This document shows, piece after piece, positions 38,079 through 52,232 of a DNA stretch of 64,000 nucleotides; position 1 is the stretch's first letter; each line of letters begins with the position of its first letter. Under the pieces are notes generated by a model, which saw only the letters and a program-made list of their open reading frames with translations, was not told the origin of the DNA and searched no databases. The stretch is from Eremomyces bilateralis CBS 781.70 (lineage: Eukaryota), in the NCBI GenBank assembly GCA_010015585.1, contig ML975150.1; one strand, 5' to 3'. The position numbers and the translations under genes were made by a program.

Positions 38079-39112
38079 GATGGCGGTAGAGTCCAAGTGA
38101 CTCGTATCAGTCGTATGGATGCGATGCCCCTCAACTAAGGTCGCAATATCAACTCTATCAGTCCGGCACAGCGATGAGGACAACAAACAAGAAAGATCAG
38201 GGGATTCAAAGATAAAGGCCCGGTTTGATAGCGACCATCAGGCTCCAGCTTTGCAAGAACAAAGCGACTTGAAGTTGGTTGAGAGGGCAGTGTCACTAAC
38301 GATCGGACTGCTTCTGGGGAGTGGTGTCAACTGATAGCATTGCCGGAGACAGTGGAGCGGCTGGATTGATGACGCCAAGGGGGCAGGCGTCAAGGGTCCA
38401 ATCAGGGTCCCTGGTTTGATATGCCCCTGTCAACCCCGGCCTCCATTGAAAGCAGGAGCGGAGGATCGACTGTGGCTGTAATATGTGGCTGAGGGTTGAG
38501 CCACAACTGCCTTCCCGTCCCTCTCTGCTGCCGTTTCCGCCACTGTTTCAGTTCGAGCAGTCCTCCACTGCTTTCCTCTGACATGAATCCGGGCGATGCA
38601 GCGTCGATCGATGCATGCGTACCACCATGGCTGCGCAGGTAGCACCATCTCATCAAGGTCACTGCAGATGCACAGCATGATTGAGCCATGGCCCTTGAGC
38701 CAGTCGTATCCAGTACAGGACCAGGCAGCTTACCCATCACTTACAAACAGAGCATTGGGTCTATCGCATGGTTCCTTCTGGACATGCTTATCGCTGTCCA
38801 TACCTCATATTAAAACCTAGTAGATGCTGAGTAGATGCCCGCAATGCCGGCGAGCAAAGGAGTGCTTCCCCCCTGCAGTTGGACCATCCAGGTAAAATAC
38901 TGCCCGTCGGTTCTGCAAAGACAAATCCGACGCACCCATTTCGCTTGAAAAAGCCCGCTCGTTGCCCTGATGGTATCCCCAAGACGCCTGCGAATGAATA
39001 ATATACAATGCGCTCCCAAACCCGGCGCACGGAACTCGACATATCCAACTTTTCTGTGACTGTGCCGTGCAAAAATCATGAAACCGTGACGCAAACCGAT
39101 CCTCGCCCAGGA

Positions 39113-41412
39113 CTATACCGTCTGTCCACCGCAATCGGGGATCTTGACTCCTGGCTTCAGGTTTCGGTTGACGTCCATCAGACCCCATTTATCCTCCCAC
39201 TGCTGGTCTTCGGTGTTGAATCGAATTTTCCACGGCTCGTCGAACGCTTCGAACCTGCGGGCTGGGTCAGCGGTCACGCTTCTGCAAGTCAGGATGACAT
39301 CGCAACATACCAATAATACTCTGTGCCGTTCTTGAGCGCCTGACACACCCAGTCGTTCATGAACTGATTCATCTCGGGAATGCCCGCCACAGCCCCGGCC
39401 GTTGGGCTGGAGCACTTCGGGTTGGGGGCGCAGTCGTTCCCGCCTTCGCTGGGCCAGCCGACTTCGGAGATGATCTGCCGCTTGTTCGTGCCGGCGGACG
39501 CGGGGATGTCGTTCTCCTGCCAGAACGTCCAGGTCCAGGACGCGGCCACGTCGATGGCGACGCCGCCGAAGAACGGATGGATGTTTGACATGATGACGTC
39601 CACGTAGGTGGCCAGGGTAGTGGTCCACGACGACCCTAGGTCGGACGTGGCGAGGGGGAGCTTGACGCCTTTGGAGGTGAGGTTGGATTTGACGTTCTGC
39701 AAGAATAAGCCGAGCTGAGACTCGGTCATGTCTTTCCGGAACAAAATCTCGTTTCCGACCACGAGACCTTCGAACGGGTCATCGCCGTACTCGTCGAGAA
39801 TATCCCACATTTGAGACATTTGGCGGTCGTTTGTGGTTTGATTAGTGTCGAGCCAGACTCCGAGCCACACCTTCATATCTTTGAGCGCCAGCCGATCGAT
39901 GGCATGGAGGACTAACTGGGTTTGGTTGCAGTCAGTCCCATACATGCGCAGCTTATTACTGAGTTGGGAGAGGACGGCCACGTCGCGCGTCACGTTGTTT
40001 TGGCTGGGCGGGTTGACTAGGCAGTCCGGGTATTGGGAGTTCAGCGGAGTGTAATCCATCCCAGGGAACACTCTGTGGAGGTCTGGATTATTGAGGAGCG
40101 CCTTGATCTCCTTGGAGTCTTTGGACAGGTCCCCGCTGGCGTCGTCTTCGGCTGCTGTTTGTCCATTCGTCCCACCATCTGAGGCGGGGTCCTTATTTTT
40201 ATTGGCCTTCTGGGAGCCCAGAATGCCACCCACAACAGCACCGGCGATGATGGCCAGAATGACCAGGACCACAACCACGGTAATGATCCATCGTTGCTTC
40301 TTCTTGCCCGCCTGCTGCTGGGAGAGCCACTCGCTCTTTTCGGCGGCTTCGCCCGGTGTCTCGGGCCCCTGACCTCCGCTTCCATCATGAGCCTTGGATG
40401 CGGCCAGCACACCGCCCGCAGCGGCACCGGCTGCTCCGGTTGCAACCAGACCGCTAGTAGCGGGGCTCTGTCTCGATCTTCCAAGGCTCAGAACCGACCG
40501 TCGAGCAGGGTTGGCGTGTTGTAGACCGTCGTCTCCGTCGTCTTCGATCGACGTTGGATCGATGCCTCCCATTTCGGCGGTCCGAGGGTCCAGGTAACTG
40601 GAATGCCGATACGGATTGTCCGAGTATCCAATAGGGCGAGCATTATAGATTTGATCTTGAGAATGTCCATCGTACTGATAAGGATAAGAGGGGCCCGGTC
40701 CAGGCCCAGGTCTGGGTCCGGGGCCTGGACTTCCCATACCCGGGCCAGTCGCCGCCCCAGAGAGGGGCTCCGATGACATATTTGATGCTTGAGAGTATGC
40801 ATTGGGTCGAAACATTGCGGGATCCTCTCCATAGAATCCGTCCGTATCATAGTCCATGTGCGGTGGGAGACCGGTGCCGCTCACTCCATTCCCCGATCTA
40901 CCCCAGTTGTCGATGTCTCGAAGAGCGTCCGGGCCGCCCATCGCTACTCCAGCTCCTGCTCCACCAGCGGCTGCGGCAGCCATGCCAGCATTGTTTCGCC
41001 CGTTCGATCCGTAGTAGCCACCGGCACCGTATTCATGTGGTGGGCTGCGGTTGGGTTGCCGCTGTGGTGACGGTGGCTTTGGGTATCCGCCAGCGCTGGC
41101 TCCTGGAGCGAGGTTCCGAGATTGGCTCTGTTGTCGCCACTGGTTCTGAGATCCGTCAGGATTTGATCCCGGTGCTATCCCGTACTGGCGCTGCGATTGT
41201 AGGTGTTGATATGATGGAGATTGCTGGGGAACGTGCCCATGTTGCGGTGGCAGCGGGCGCATGTCGTCGTCGGTGGGTTCTCTGCGAGCGTCGTGCGGCT
41301 CATTGATGCGAGGACCGTCGTCTCGATATGTTTCTGTGTATTCTTGATGGGCTGGCGGATTATGTTGGTTAGATGCTCCGCCCAAGTTGGCGGCAGGGGG
41401 ATCTTGCGACAT
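39113..41412 (-). CDS. btgC: Membrane-anchored GH17 glucan endo-1,3-beta-glucosidase (BtgC-like)
   Basis: Long disordered N-terminus, TM helix after KKKQRW, then [41 protein letters not shown] and [12 protein letters not shown] across one intron, ending WEDKWGLMD...[10 protein letters not shown]. Confidence 0.92.
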
Positions 41413-44400
41413 GGTGTTTCGGACAAATAGAGGGATCAGCCGAGTAACAAGGGCAGCAGGGCACGATGACCGACGGGCGGGTGAGGATTGAGGAGAGCCC
41501 TGTGATTCCGAGCACTAAGGCTCCGATCACATAAGAATTATGAGATTAAGAGTGTATAGAATACTGCCGCGGTGGATGATAACGAGATTTGCAAGCGCAA
41601 GGGAACTCGCAAGGAGATCGACTCGGATTGTTTACGGTTGGATTAGCAAACAGGGTCTTTCATTCGAGACCAGTCTCGAGTGACTGGTTGGCGAAGAAAG
41701 AACAGCGCATTTGTAAAGATGGAATTTGCAACCAAAAGGTTCAAGATTAGGGAATTAGATAGACGGTTCGAAAGTTGTTCGGGAAGTGTTTGACATTTGA
41801 CAGTTGACAGTTCACCAGACGAGTTGACCAGACGAGTTGGCGATGGCCGAGAAATGCGGTGGTTGCCCGTAGCGGGCGGTGGTGGGGATTTGAAGAGGTG
41901 GTTGCAGAGGAGGTCAGGGACTCAGGGAGGGACTCAGGGTTTATTCATGTTGCTGGGACACCGGACGATCTGATCGCCGCCTCTAGTGCCATGAGCAAGT
42001 GTGTGTGCCGTGTAGTGCAGGCTCCAGATTGTGGAGGTTACAGTGTACTCAGTAGCTTCCCTGGGCGCCCATGTGCCCGCCCACTCCCCAGCAACACAGC
42101 ACCAGCCCGGCCAGCCCACCGGCGCCTGTCCAGCCCACTGCCAGCCCGTTGCCCAGCCCCGTGATCTAATAACCACCCAAAATCCCCAGTCCTCTCCGGA
42201 TGGGTCTCCAGCTCGGCAGGACGGCAGGTCGGAGAGTCTCTCACCACGATTTCTGAAATTTAAAACCCTCAGCCTGCACTGGATGTGTAAAAATAGCGCG
42301 GCAACTGCAATAGTGCGGCACTGCCGAGTTCCAACCTGCCTATTGTTAGTTTGTCACCTTGAGGTACCTAATAATACTAGACTGCCACGCTCAAGAATCA
42401 ATAATGATCAACGTATTCCGTATAGATGGAACATTGGTCTCTTCATCCTCTGATCGTCTGATGTCTCACTCCATTCTTTGTATTGGACATTCTTACGCAT
42501 CCAGGTTGCTGCTCGCTCAATGAACCGACCCCACCGAGGGTTACTACCCGGTGGTTAAATGCCGGTCACCGTAGCTTAACCAAAAGCTAAGCTTGATCGC
42601 AGCGACCTAGAAGAGGGGAATGATAAATATTAATAGGAAGAGGCTCCATGTGAGTTACAAGTATTTCCTCGTCTTCACATTCCACCCGTCTCACGTAACT
42701 TGAAGAACTCGGTCGTGAGGCGTGAGGGGTGAGGGCAGGCTGGAACTGGGGGTACCGAATACAGCAGGGATAGTCCTCTGGAAAATCGCTCAAATGAATA
42801 AAAAGGCGAAATATTAGTAAGATTGCCGGGCTCTCATTCACCCGGCATGCCGCTCCAAGCTTCTCGTATCAGGGCATCGTCTGAGTCGGGGTGTCTGACC
42901 CAAGAAAGAAGGTTGGGACTTGGGAGGGTACATGGTGTCAGGAGTCAAAACCCGACGTTCCATCTCTTTCGGAGGTCTCATATTAGAACGATTCGAATAT
43001 TGAACGGACGGGAGGCGATTCGGTCTCAAATAGCTAGCACATATATATCTCCTGTCCGGGAATCGTCGAAGGGAGCACGATCGGCGACAAAAGAAAGTTC
43101 TCGGGCGGTCCCTAGTTCGGTGTTCACTGCTGCGGTTGTGTAGCCCGAGTATTGGAGAAATAGTAGTAAATCTCCGAGCAGGTCGCTCGTAGCGGCCCAT
43201 CGCCCATCAGTCATCAGTCATCACTGCACGATACAGCGAAGAGATGTAGTGAAGCTATTCGCGGATAAGTTCAGATATAAACCCCTGCGACGACGTTTAA
43301 ATTATCCGTTGCCTTCCGCGATTGCCGCAGAAGGATGCATGTGCCTGTTATCATGTTGTGTGAGCAAGGCTGAAAGTTTGTCCTGAACCTTGAACCTCCC
43401 TGCAATCGGCTCAGTCTCGAAGGCTAGAACATCGGATCTGCGAGAATCGTAGACCGCTTAGAAGATGATCCACATGCCCACATGCCACAAAGTGTGACTG
43501 ATACGGAAAAGATCTGTGAGCAGGAATCTCGCTTCTCAATAGATTCCAGAACACTATTAAGGAAACCCTTCTGGATATTAATGGACCTTCCTTAGGCCTT
43601 GTTGGCTATAGTAGACGAAAGCCCCTGGAGTGAGTGAGATGTGATATTTAAAGGTTGGAAGACCTGCAGAACATCTTAATGCTAACACAGCTGCTCTGAA
43701 TGGTCAATGGCGTATTTACTCTACAATTACGGCCTTCGAGAGACTATCACACGACCACGATTGTCGGTCAGTGACTCAGTGGTCACTGGTCAGACCTGAA
43801 AGATACTCTCCCAGCATGGCATCTTACCTCAACATTATGTAGTAGGCTACCTACCTACTCAACTGTCGGGAATCACGACAGGGCCTTGCAGGCTGCAGCA
43901 CGACGACAGAAGCGGGAGCGAATGAAAGAACCCCGTTGGCCAAGACGGTCTCGGGGATTAAATGTCACGAAGGGACGATCCCATCTCATTTCAATGCAAG
44001 CTCTTTGAAGTCTCGATGTTGCGAAATGGAAGGGCTGTGGTCCACCCGCGGTTTCTGGACATCGGACAGGATTTTGTCCAACCCGAATCTGCAACGCTTG
44101 GGATCGTATTCGGTTGAGTAGGAACTCCTCCTTGAAGCAGTCTGTCTCGATGCCGACGACAGATTGTCTGAATGTGCAGCTAGGATTTGAGGGATTTCTG
44201 CTTCATGGATTAATATGCATGCGGTGGTAACGACGCTGAGTACCGTTGTGGTAATAGGATGACTGAAGGTGACCGTGCGGCTTATTCTCTCGTAGGTATC
44301 AGTATGATCACATTATTCATAATCCTTTGGCATTTACTTGATATATCCGAACGCCGAAGGAGTCGGGTGTTGTACCCCAGTAATAGTCACAGCCTACAGA

Positions 44401-45666
44401 GAACAGGCGTCGAGTGATAAAATGGAGTTGGTCCCATTATTCATTGAAGAAACCAGGCACGTTGGCAGTTGGATTTTCGACTTCGGTCTTCATTCTTCAA
44501 AGAGTTCAATCAATCAAATCACGAAAGGCTGAAACCCACCGCAACCGGCCAGACCGATCTCGTGCCTGTTCAAAGGCCCACATTGGAGAGACGATCCCTC
44601 GCATCTCGATTCATCTCGACGTCTAGACCGCACAAAGCCCAGAGAAAGTCGGCGATGCACTAGAGACGATCGTTCCGAGTTCCCCTAATCTATCCAAGTT
44701 CCAGGCTTCCAGAGTTCCAGGCTTCCAAGTTCCAGGGGATCTTCAAGGCTAGGCACTCCCGAGTCTCCCGTCTCTCCGAGAGAAACTGCAAACAAAAGGC
44801 CGAAAGCCAAAAAAATCTGAAACGGCGAACCAATCATCCATCCCGTATCCTGATACCTGCTATCTCCCTTGCGTTCTTGCGCGACCTGTTGGCACACGGC
44901 TTGTGAAGTTACCAAGGAGTAATATCTGGACGCCGTTGATACAGAGGCCCTGCATCTGGGTCCGCCCTTTCAATTTTTCCAACCTGCAATCTCAAGCCGC
45001 GGGAGGGTCAAACCCTCAATTCCGTGCGGTGGGAAGCATAGATACTAATTAGACAGCATACAAATAAGCCGGTTACCGCTGGAAGCTGGACGCCTGCATC
45101 GACTTGCATAAGTTTAGTTTGCATTCGAGAGACCATTCTACAGTCCCTTCACGCTTCCGTCACTCCCTCGTCGTCCAGTCTTCGTCCAGTTTTCTTGCTT
45201 GCGCGTCGGTCTTAGCGTCCACCCCCACTTCCGCTAAATCCCTCCAAACCTGCTGCCGGACAGCAAGCTGTTGTGAGTCGGTGGCTTACTGGGTTCGCTT
45301 GACGGCTTGACGGCTGTCTTAAAGCGCCCCTACATCATCGGACAACAATTCCAAAGCGGTTGGCACAGTTGTGCACCCACCGATTGCATCATTATATTTC
45401 CATCATATGCCGATCTGCCCACGTCCAAGACCCATCGGATTCTTAAATTCCCCCATCGCCTCCACCGAGATTTCGGAGTCAAAACACAGAGATTCACCCT
45501 TGGATTCCTAGACCCGATCATCAGTTAATCAATACCTCATCAAGGACGTCCACGGGCTCCACCAACACCCAGATCCACAGTCCCCGAAGATCCTGGCGCA
45601 TTCTCTGGTCCTCGACTCTGCTACACCACAGCCTCCACAACGACCACAGGAACTCCACCAAACATA

Positions 45667-45888
45667 ATGTTTTCCTGTATAAACTACGAACGGGGATGCC
45701 GCGGGCGGTCCAACTCTCCTAATGGCCGCTGCGAATCCTGCCTCCTCCTCAACCTCTCCACGGGTCGCACAGCCCCTGCGTCATCCACACCATCCTCCGG
45801 CTCATCATCGTCCTCCTACTCCGCGATGACTTCGTCCTTCGCCTCCCTGTCGCAAATTCAGCGACCGTCAAATTCGGGACAATCATAG
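45667..45888 (+). CDS. Candidate 73-aa microprotein with C-x6-C-x10-C-x2-C N-terminus and Ser-rich tail
   Basis: ATG in a good fungal context (CACCAAACATAATG) after a long C/A-rich leader; C-ending codon bias (TCC, CTC, AAC); clustered Cys (MFSCINYERGCRGRSNSPNGRCESCLLLNL). Confidence 0.55.
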   Translation: MFSCINYERGCRGRSNSPNGRCESCLLLNLSTGRTAPASSTPSSGSSSSSYSAMTSSFASLSQIQRPSNSGQS

Positions 45889-48190
45889 TCAGACGCGCGC
45901 GCCAACTATGGCAACCCCTCTGGCATGTGCCGCTCTCTTGCGAGCAGCGGCACCTTTGTACGACTTTTACGACTCTGAGATGAACAAAGATATCCCCGGG
46001 TTTGATGGCTTGCATGCCGAACGCAAGGCACCGGCGTTAGATGGAAGAAGGGCAAGCTCTCGGGAATATAAGGAGAGCTAATAAGAGCATCGCGACCTTT
46101 TTGGAAATATGGCGGGACATTTCCTTTTACAATGTATTACTACCCGGGGAGGACATGTCCCTGCCTCGCTTTCGGCGCTGGCGCTGGATAAGGTCGATGG
46201 CCACCTTTTTTGTTATATAGCGCAAGATCAATCCAACCATGGCTCTCTGAAAGGAGAGCACCATTTTGAAACAATGAGTCCCAATTTCTTCGCTTACGGT
46301 TATACACGTTCTTCGATTCTCGCACCAAATTTTCCAGAAACCCTCAAAACCCTTCTGTCCAACCTTGATTTATCGAGTGGAACTTGACCATGCAGCCGCC
46401 AACACCGAAAAGAGCCGGGGCGATGGTGGCGTTCATGCGTTTCATCACAATGTGACTATGACGAAACCTTAAAACCTGTATTGGTAGCCACGCCATGGAC
46501 TTGCAAGCCCAATCAAAAATGGGCAAGAGCCGCCAATTGCGACAAGATTTGCATCCTTGAGCATGCCATTCTGGGTTCGGACAATCCCTTCGTCCATGGA
46601 AGTGACGAAGTCCCATCGGGCGGAATCGAAAGCGCACTGGGTCAGTTAGCCCAGGGTTGTGCTTCACCAGGTGCATGCTCCGCGGGTTTCAGGGCGGTGT
46701 GTGTGAGACGGTGACGTGGTGCCTTGTGGGCAGAATGCTGTCAGATCGGAGGTTGGGAGCCAGATCGCGGTCTCATCTTACAAGATGATGATTTGGGGGC
46801 TTGCACTCTTGGTTGACGGTGCCGCGAAGTGGTGGTCGTACCGGATGGAGAACGTGCGGCAATAATATGTACGATTGTAGAAGTGTACATAAAAGGTCTA
46901 AGTGGAAGGCCGATCTATGCTGAATTCGACTGGAATTATGCGCCTCCATAGCTACCTAATTGGCTAATTTCTAGGACAGAGAGACACTGTCTGCTATTAG
47001 ATTAATATTACCCAGGAAAAGTCGCGCATGTAGCATGTTACTTATCGGCATATATTTAGCTTGCTGCAACTAATAAATGCCCTGCATGATGACCTCATCG
47101 ATTGCAGTTGTGTTACCAATCTAGAGCGTGGCTGTGTGACGCACTCGCTGATAATAAATTGGCCTGGATGGGGACGGTTTCAATGCAGGTGAAATGATTC
47201 CGCTCTCTCGGTTCTAGTCAATACTTGCACATGAATACGGCTTTACGGCGGACATTCCCGGATCTAGGCGCGCTTTGAGGACAAATAATGCATTCCGAGC
47301 TCTGCTATCAGTTGCCCCCGAGGAATTCTCCAGACGAGATTTTACTGGTGTTACAGAGCAAAAGCTGATTTTGCAAGCGAGCTTCATATCGACAGAACGA
47401 ACTGATACCACGCACCAGGACCCCGACGCGGAGTTTGAGGCTTTCTTTTTGCTCTACAACCAGTCCTCATCTTCAGTTACACCACGTCTGTAGAGTATGC
47501 CTGCTATCGAAACCTCAAAATGGAACCTGAATGTAATAGCATCAGGTAGTAGACCATTCAACAGGAAATGTCTTCCTCGGCAACGCTGATATAGATTATT
47601 GGCATCGCAAGTAGTTTTTTATTATAGACAGAGCGCAAAAAACAGGAGAACGACTCGAATGATGACAAGAGAGGCATTTGATATAAGAATGATTGACATG
47701 AGCGAGATAATGGGCCAGTCGGCTAGGCTAGATGCTGCATCGGGCGTCTACAGCATCGCCAATCGCAGATCTGGACCGGGGCTGGATGACCGCAGTTCAC
47801 ACCCATTCGTTCAGCTTGATGCGCTTGGTTTGATATTTCTTCGAGTTGGAACACTGGAAAGGAGAATTAGAACATAAATGCACCAATGTATGGAGGAGAA
47901 ATTTAGGAATGACTAATACTGCGACAGCAACTGAGCATCAAGACCAGTGTTCCCGAATCTTCAATCCGAATTCCCAGACCGCATTTGAGCCAATCCAGTG
48001 GACTCCGGAGAAGGAACTGGCATGGTGAGCCTACAAAGTATTTCGGAATCTTTTGTTGACATGAGAATGGATTTGATGATTGAATGATTGATGAGATGTC
48101 ACGTGCATAGCCTTCTTCGGAAATTTGATCCTCCGACCCGGCGCAACATCAACAGTCATCAACCCCTCGATTAGCTTACAGTCAGGAGTT

Positions 48191-48217
48191 AAGCCAATCA
48201 GGCCAATCAGGCCAACA
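48191..48217 (+). promoter_or_regulatory. Tandem CCAAT boxes upstream of histone H4
   Basis: AGCCAATCAGGCCAATCAGGCCAAC about 420 bp upstream of the H4 ATG. Confidence 0.55.
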
Positions 48218-48622
48218 CGCGGCTTCCCTTGAGACATGCTGGAATCACAACACTCCTAAGCAACTTTTGCTCCCAATTTTTGGGTGAGGCAAGTGCAAAT
48301 GCAAAACAGTCCATATTGCTCTTGGCATTGGCCCTTCTATTGATCATTCACCTCCTGCTCAGCCGTCTGCCTGCTTCCCTTCCTGAATCGGCCTAGGCGA
48401 ACGGCTTTCCGTGTTGCAGAGATCAATCCATCATCACTCGCTCGCACTCCCTTGTCGTATAAAGCTCTTTCCCCCCATTTCCACCGCTTTTTCTTCCCTT
48501 TACATTCCCATTTCCATCCCCAACATCGCGATCTCACATCCACGCGCCACTGCAAATCCATCAATATCTCATCAATCACGTCGATTTTCCATCAAATCAA
48601 ACGCTTTATTAACTAAATCATC

Positions 48623-49255
<633 letters not shown>

Positions 49256-49355
49256 ACCCTCTAGCATCCTGGTCAATGCTTGTGCTTCGGGGGGTTGGTG
49301 TCACGGAGGGTTGTCATATTCACATGGGGGAATAACGGGGCTGATGCGCTACTAC

Positions 49356-49383
49356 GCTATGTCGTCGGTGCTATGTCGTCGGT
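49356..49383. repeat. 14-bp direct tandem duplication in the H4 3' region
   Basis: GCTATGTCGTCGGT x2. Confidence 0.7.
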
Positions 49384-49614
49384 CAGATGGATGGAATGGC
49401 GTTTCATGGTTCGGGAGTTATGAGTTATGACCACTCGGTCTACTATATCATCACCAAGGGATTAGTTCATATGAACAGTCGGTCTCTATCAGCAATAACA
49501 TTATGATCTTCATACCATTGCCGTTATTGCTTGTGCAATGTGCATAGTTCTATACTACGCTATCGACACGCTATGTCAGCCACTGAGGCTCACTGTTCCT
49601 AAAACTCAATGCCC

Positions 49615-51446
49615 TCATTTAGTTTTGTGCTCCGTAGCCGAGTCCGATGCAACCACTTGCGATGGTTCCAGGGCGCTGCCTTCGATTACGCTCATAACGC
49701 GTCCTTCGTCGGGGCCACGGAATCCTTCCCGCTTGCCGCGTTGCAGCCAAAACCAGTTTACTCCGGCGATCAGCATTATGGCCCCGATAGCCGCAGGGGT
49801 ATAGTTCATATTGTCCGCATCCACGGGTGAAACGGTCGGGAGGTTGAACGTGATGACGCCAAAAAGGACGTACACGAGAGCGGCAACATTGAGAAAGATA
49901 CTCAAGGCGCGTGGTAGCCGGAAAGGTCCGTCGAAAATTACTTCGGGAGTACCGTGTAGAACGACTGAAAGGAGCCTCGCAATCATCGGTAGGGCGTATG
50001 ACACATCTTTGATTCAGTTAGCGAGGGAGGCATTTAGAGTCAGAGATGAGCCCAAGACATACAGAACCCTTCAGTCGATATGGTGATGACCGTTTCGAAG
50101 CCCGTAAGGTTTCCGAAGTAAATGGCGTTGAACGCGGCTTGCACTACCATCGTAAGAAGGATTGCGTTCACGGGGATTTTACTGGTACTCGATACTCGGC
50201 TGAAGACGCCAGAGAACGGTAACCCGCGGTCCCTTGAAAATGCCCAGACCGCTCGAGAACCTTCCGCTAACAAGCTGTTCGCACAGAACACGACGATCAC
50301 CACAATCAGACTGGTCAGTCCGCCGGCGCCAGCCTTCGAGCCCGTGGAATCGTAAAAGATTTGAATCAAAGGAGAGCCGGTGACCGAATTGGCAGTTGCT
50401 TCAATGTCGCCCATGCAAAAGCATAGAGATACCAAGAAGATGAAGCCGGTGAATGCGCCAATACAGACGGACCATATAATTGCATGTGGGGCTTGACGGC
50501 GCGGTTCCATCAGCTCCTCGGTCATCTATAATGCGTCCAGTTAGCTCACGTTCCACAACCTGCCCTTGTTAACTTACCTTTGAAGGTGCATCATAACAGA
50601 CCAGGCCGAAGAGTGCCTGGACAACACCGATGATTGCAGCGAAGGCAGGATTGAACCCTGTACTATTATGGAACTCGGTGAAGACGAAGGAGGCTGGTTG
50701 CTTGTCTTTCTGCATCGTGAGAATAGTGATAACGACAATGACGAAGGAGGAGATGTTCCAGACGAGGATGAACTTGGAGATCTTGTCCAGCAGCCGAGTA
50801 GCGAAAAGATTAACGCTCCCCGCAAAGATGCAAATGAGCCAGGTTAACAAAACGGTATGCCATCTTTCAATGACGTATCCTTCATTGAACAACGCGGCGA
50901 GTCCCAGAATGAAGTTCGCGCCAACAAAGTTGTTGACCGCCCCCATGGCAAGGATGCCTAGACGTGGATCTGGTCAGCGGCACTGGCATCATTGGCTTGC
51001 GGGAACATCCCGTGGAAGAATTCCATACCGATCAACATGAACCAACCGCAAATGTAGCTCATCACTTTAGCTACTGATTTGGGGGCAAGAATTGCCACCC
51101 ACGAGTACTGACCGCCAGCAAGCGGAAACTTGCTACACATCTCTGCCAGGCTACATCCGACAGCAAGACTCAGGATCGAGACGCCGACCCAACTCCAAAT
51201 CATTACGGGAGGCCCGCCCGACTCCACGCCGATGATCAGGACGCCCCCGAGCGCGGTCCAGGACGTGACGATACTGAAACTGAAGCCTACCATGCCAAGG
51301 AGGGAGAAGTGGCGTTTGAGCTCTTGGGGAAAGTCAGTACTGGCTAGCTAATATAACTCGAGTTGCTTGCCCTGCTGGTACCCAAACTGCTCGAGGACCG
51401 CATCCTCCTCGATCCCTTCTTGGAACGGGGATTTGTTGTCAGACAT
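49615..51446 (-). CDS. Amino acid permease, APC superfamily (GABA/choline, ACT family)
   Basis: LEQFGYQQ|ELKRHFSLLGMVGFSFSI, GGPPVMIWSW, SLAEMCSKFPLAGGQYSWV, YDAPSK|MTEE, SRAVWAFSRDRGLPFS, GPFRL, NMNYT. Four introns, the first GC-AG. Confidence 0.92.
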
Positions 51447-51725
51447 AGCGTCTGCCTGGAAGTGAGTGCTGCTATCTATAGGGATAATAATTTGGAAGGA
51501 ACGATGAGAGATTCGCGAAAGGTGAGCGTGATAAGGATTGGACAAACGCTAATGGTGAAATATCAAATGACAGGAATCAACACAGAATGAGTAGACTAGA
51601 CGAAAAGGAAAGTGATGCTGGAGGAATGAGAATCTGACTTTATGAGACGAAGCTGGACTCGAGAAGCACATAGTCCAAATCAATACCAGTACGTAATACC
51701 TGATGCGTTCCACTTCCACGACAGG

Positions 51726-51854
51726 TTATCGGTAGGTTAGCTGCTTTGGACGGGTTTATCTGGGGAAACCATACCTCAAAACGACCCAGCCCGGAAGTCG
51801 GATGGGACAAATCCTGTGGTTATCCATAGGGGGGTTAGCGGGGCTGCCGTTATC
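51726..51854 (-). promoter_or_regulatory. Cluster of GATAA elements upstream of the amino acid permease
   Basis: TTATC on + (GATAA on -) at 51726, 51756, 51820 and 51850. Confidence 0.5.
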
Positions 51855-52232
51855 AAAGATTGCGTATCTGGTATCACCATGATGCTTCCCTTCTTCAAGC
51901 TTCATTGGCGGGCTAGGCAGAGTAGGTAGTCAAGGTACAGGTAACTACTTATGCAGCGTCGATCATCAGTTAGCCCGAGAGATAGGAGACGAAGTCGAAA
52001 TACCCTGGGGTGGCACCACGTGACATAAGAAATGAGCCTTGGACTGGGATCTGAGCATCGAAATGTTCGAGTTCAGCGGAATTCCTGATGATAACCGGAA
52101 TAATTCCCTCACACTGCTATCGGTTCAACCTTGAACTAATTAATTCCTACCCTACGGCGATAGGGCTTGACAGGTGCGCGCACAAAGGCCCCAATTTGTG
52201 CGGGAGTCCATGTCAAACCCGTCCGCTCGCTC

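Noticed and set aside
43600..44750. Stop-interrupted protein-like frames and TTCCAG repeats (44698-44735) as a possible transposon relic
   Set aside because: No transposase, RT or integrase motif, terminal repeat or target-site duplication could be identified.
47200..48030. Short plus-strand ORFs upstream of H4 as a possible H3 or other gene
   Set aside because: No histone H3 sequence on either strand and no recognisable motif.
52167..52232. ORF-track N-terminal extension of the PPR protein (likewise 30282 for the STRAP-like gene and 60512 for the GPI protein)
   Set aside because: These rely on non-ATG or upstream starts; the downstream ATGs give a proper presequence, family N-terminus or signal peptide.
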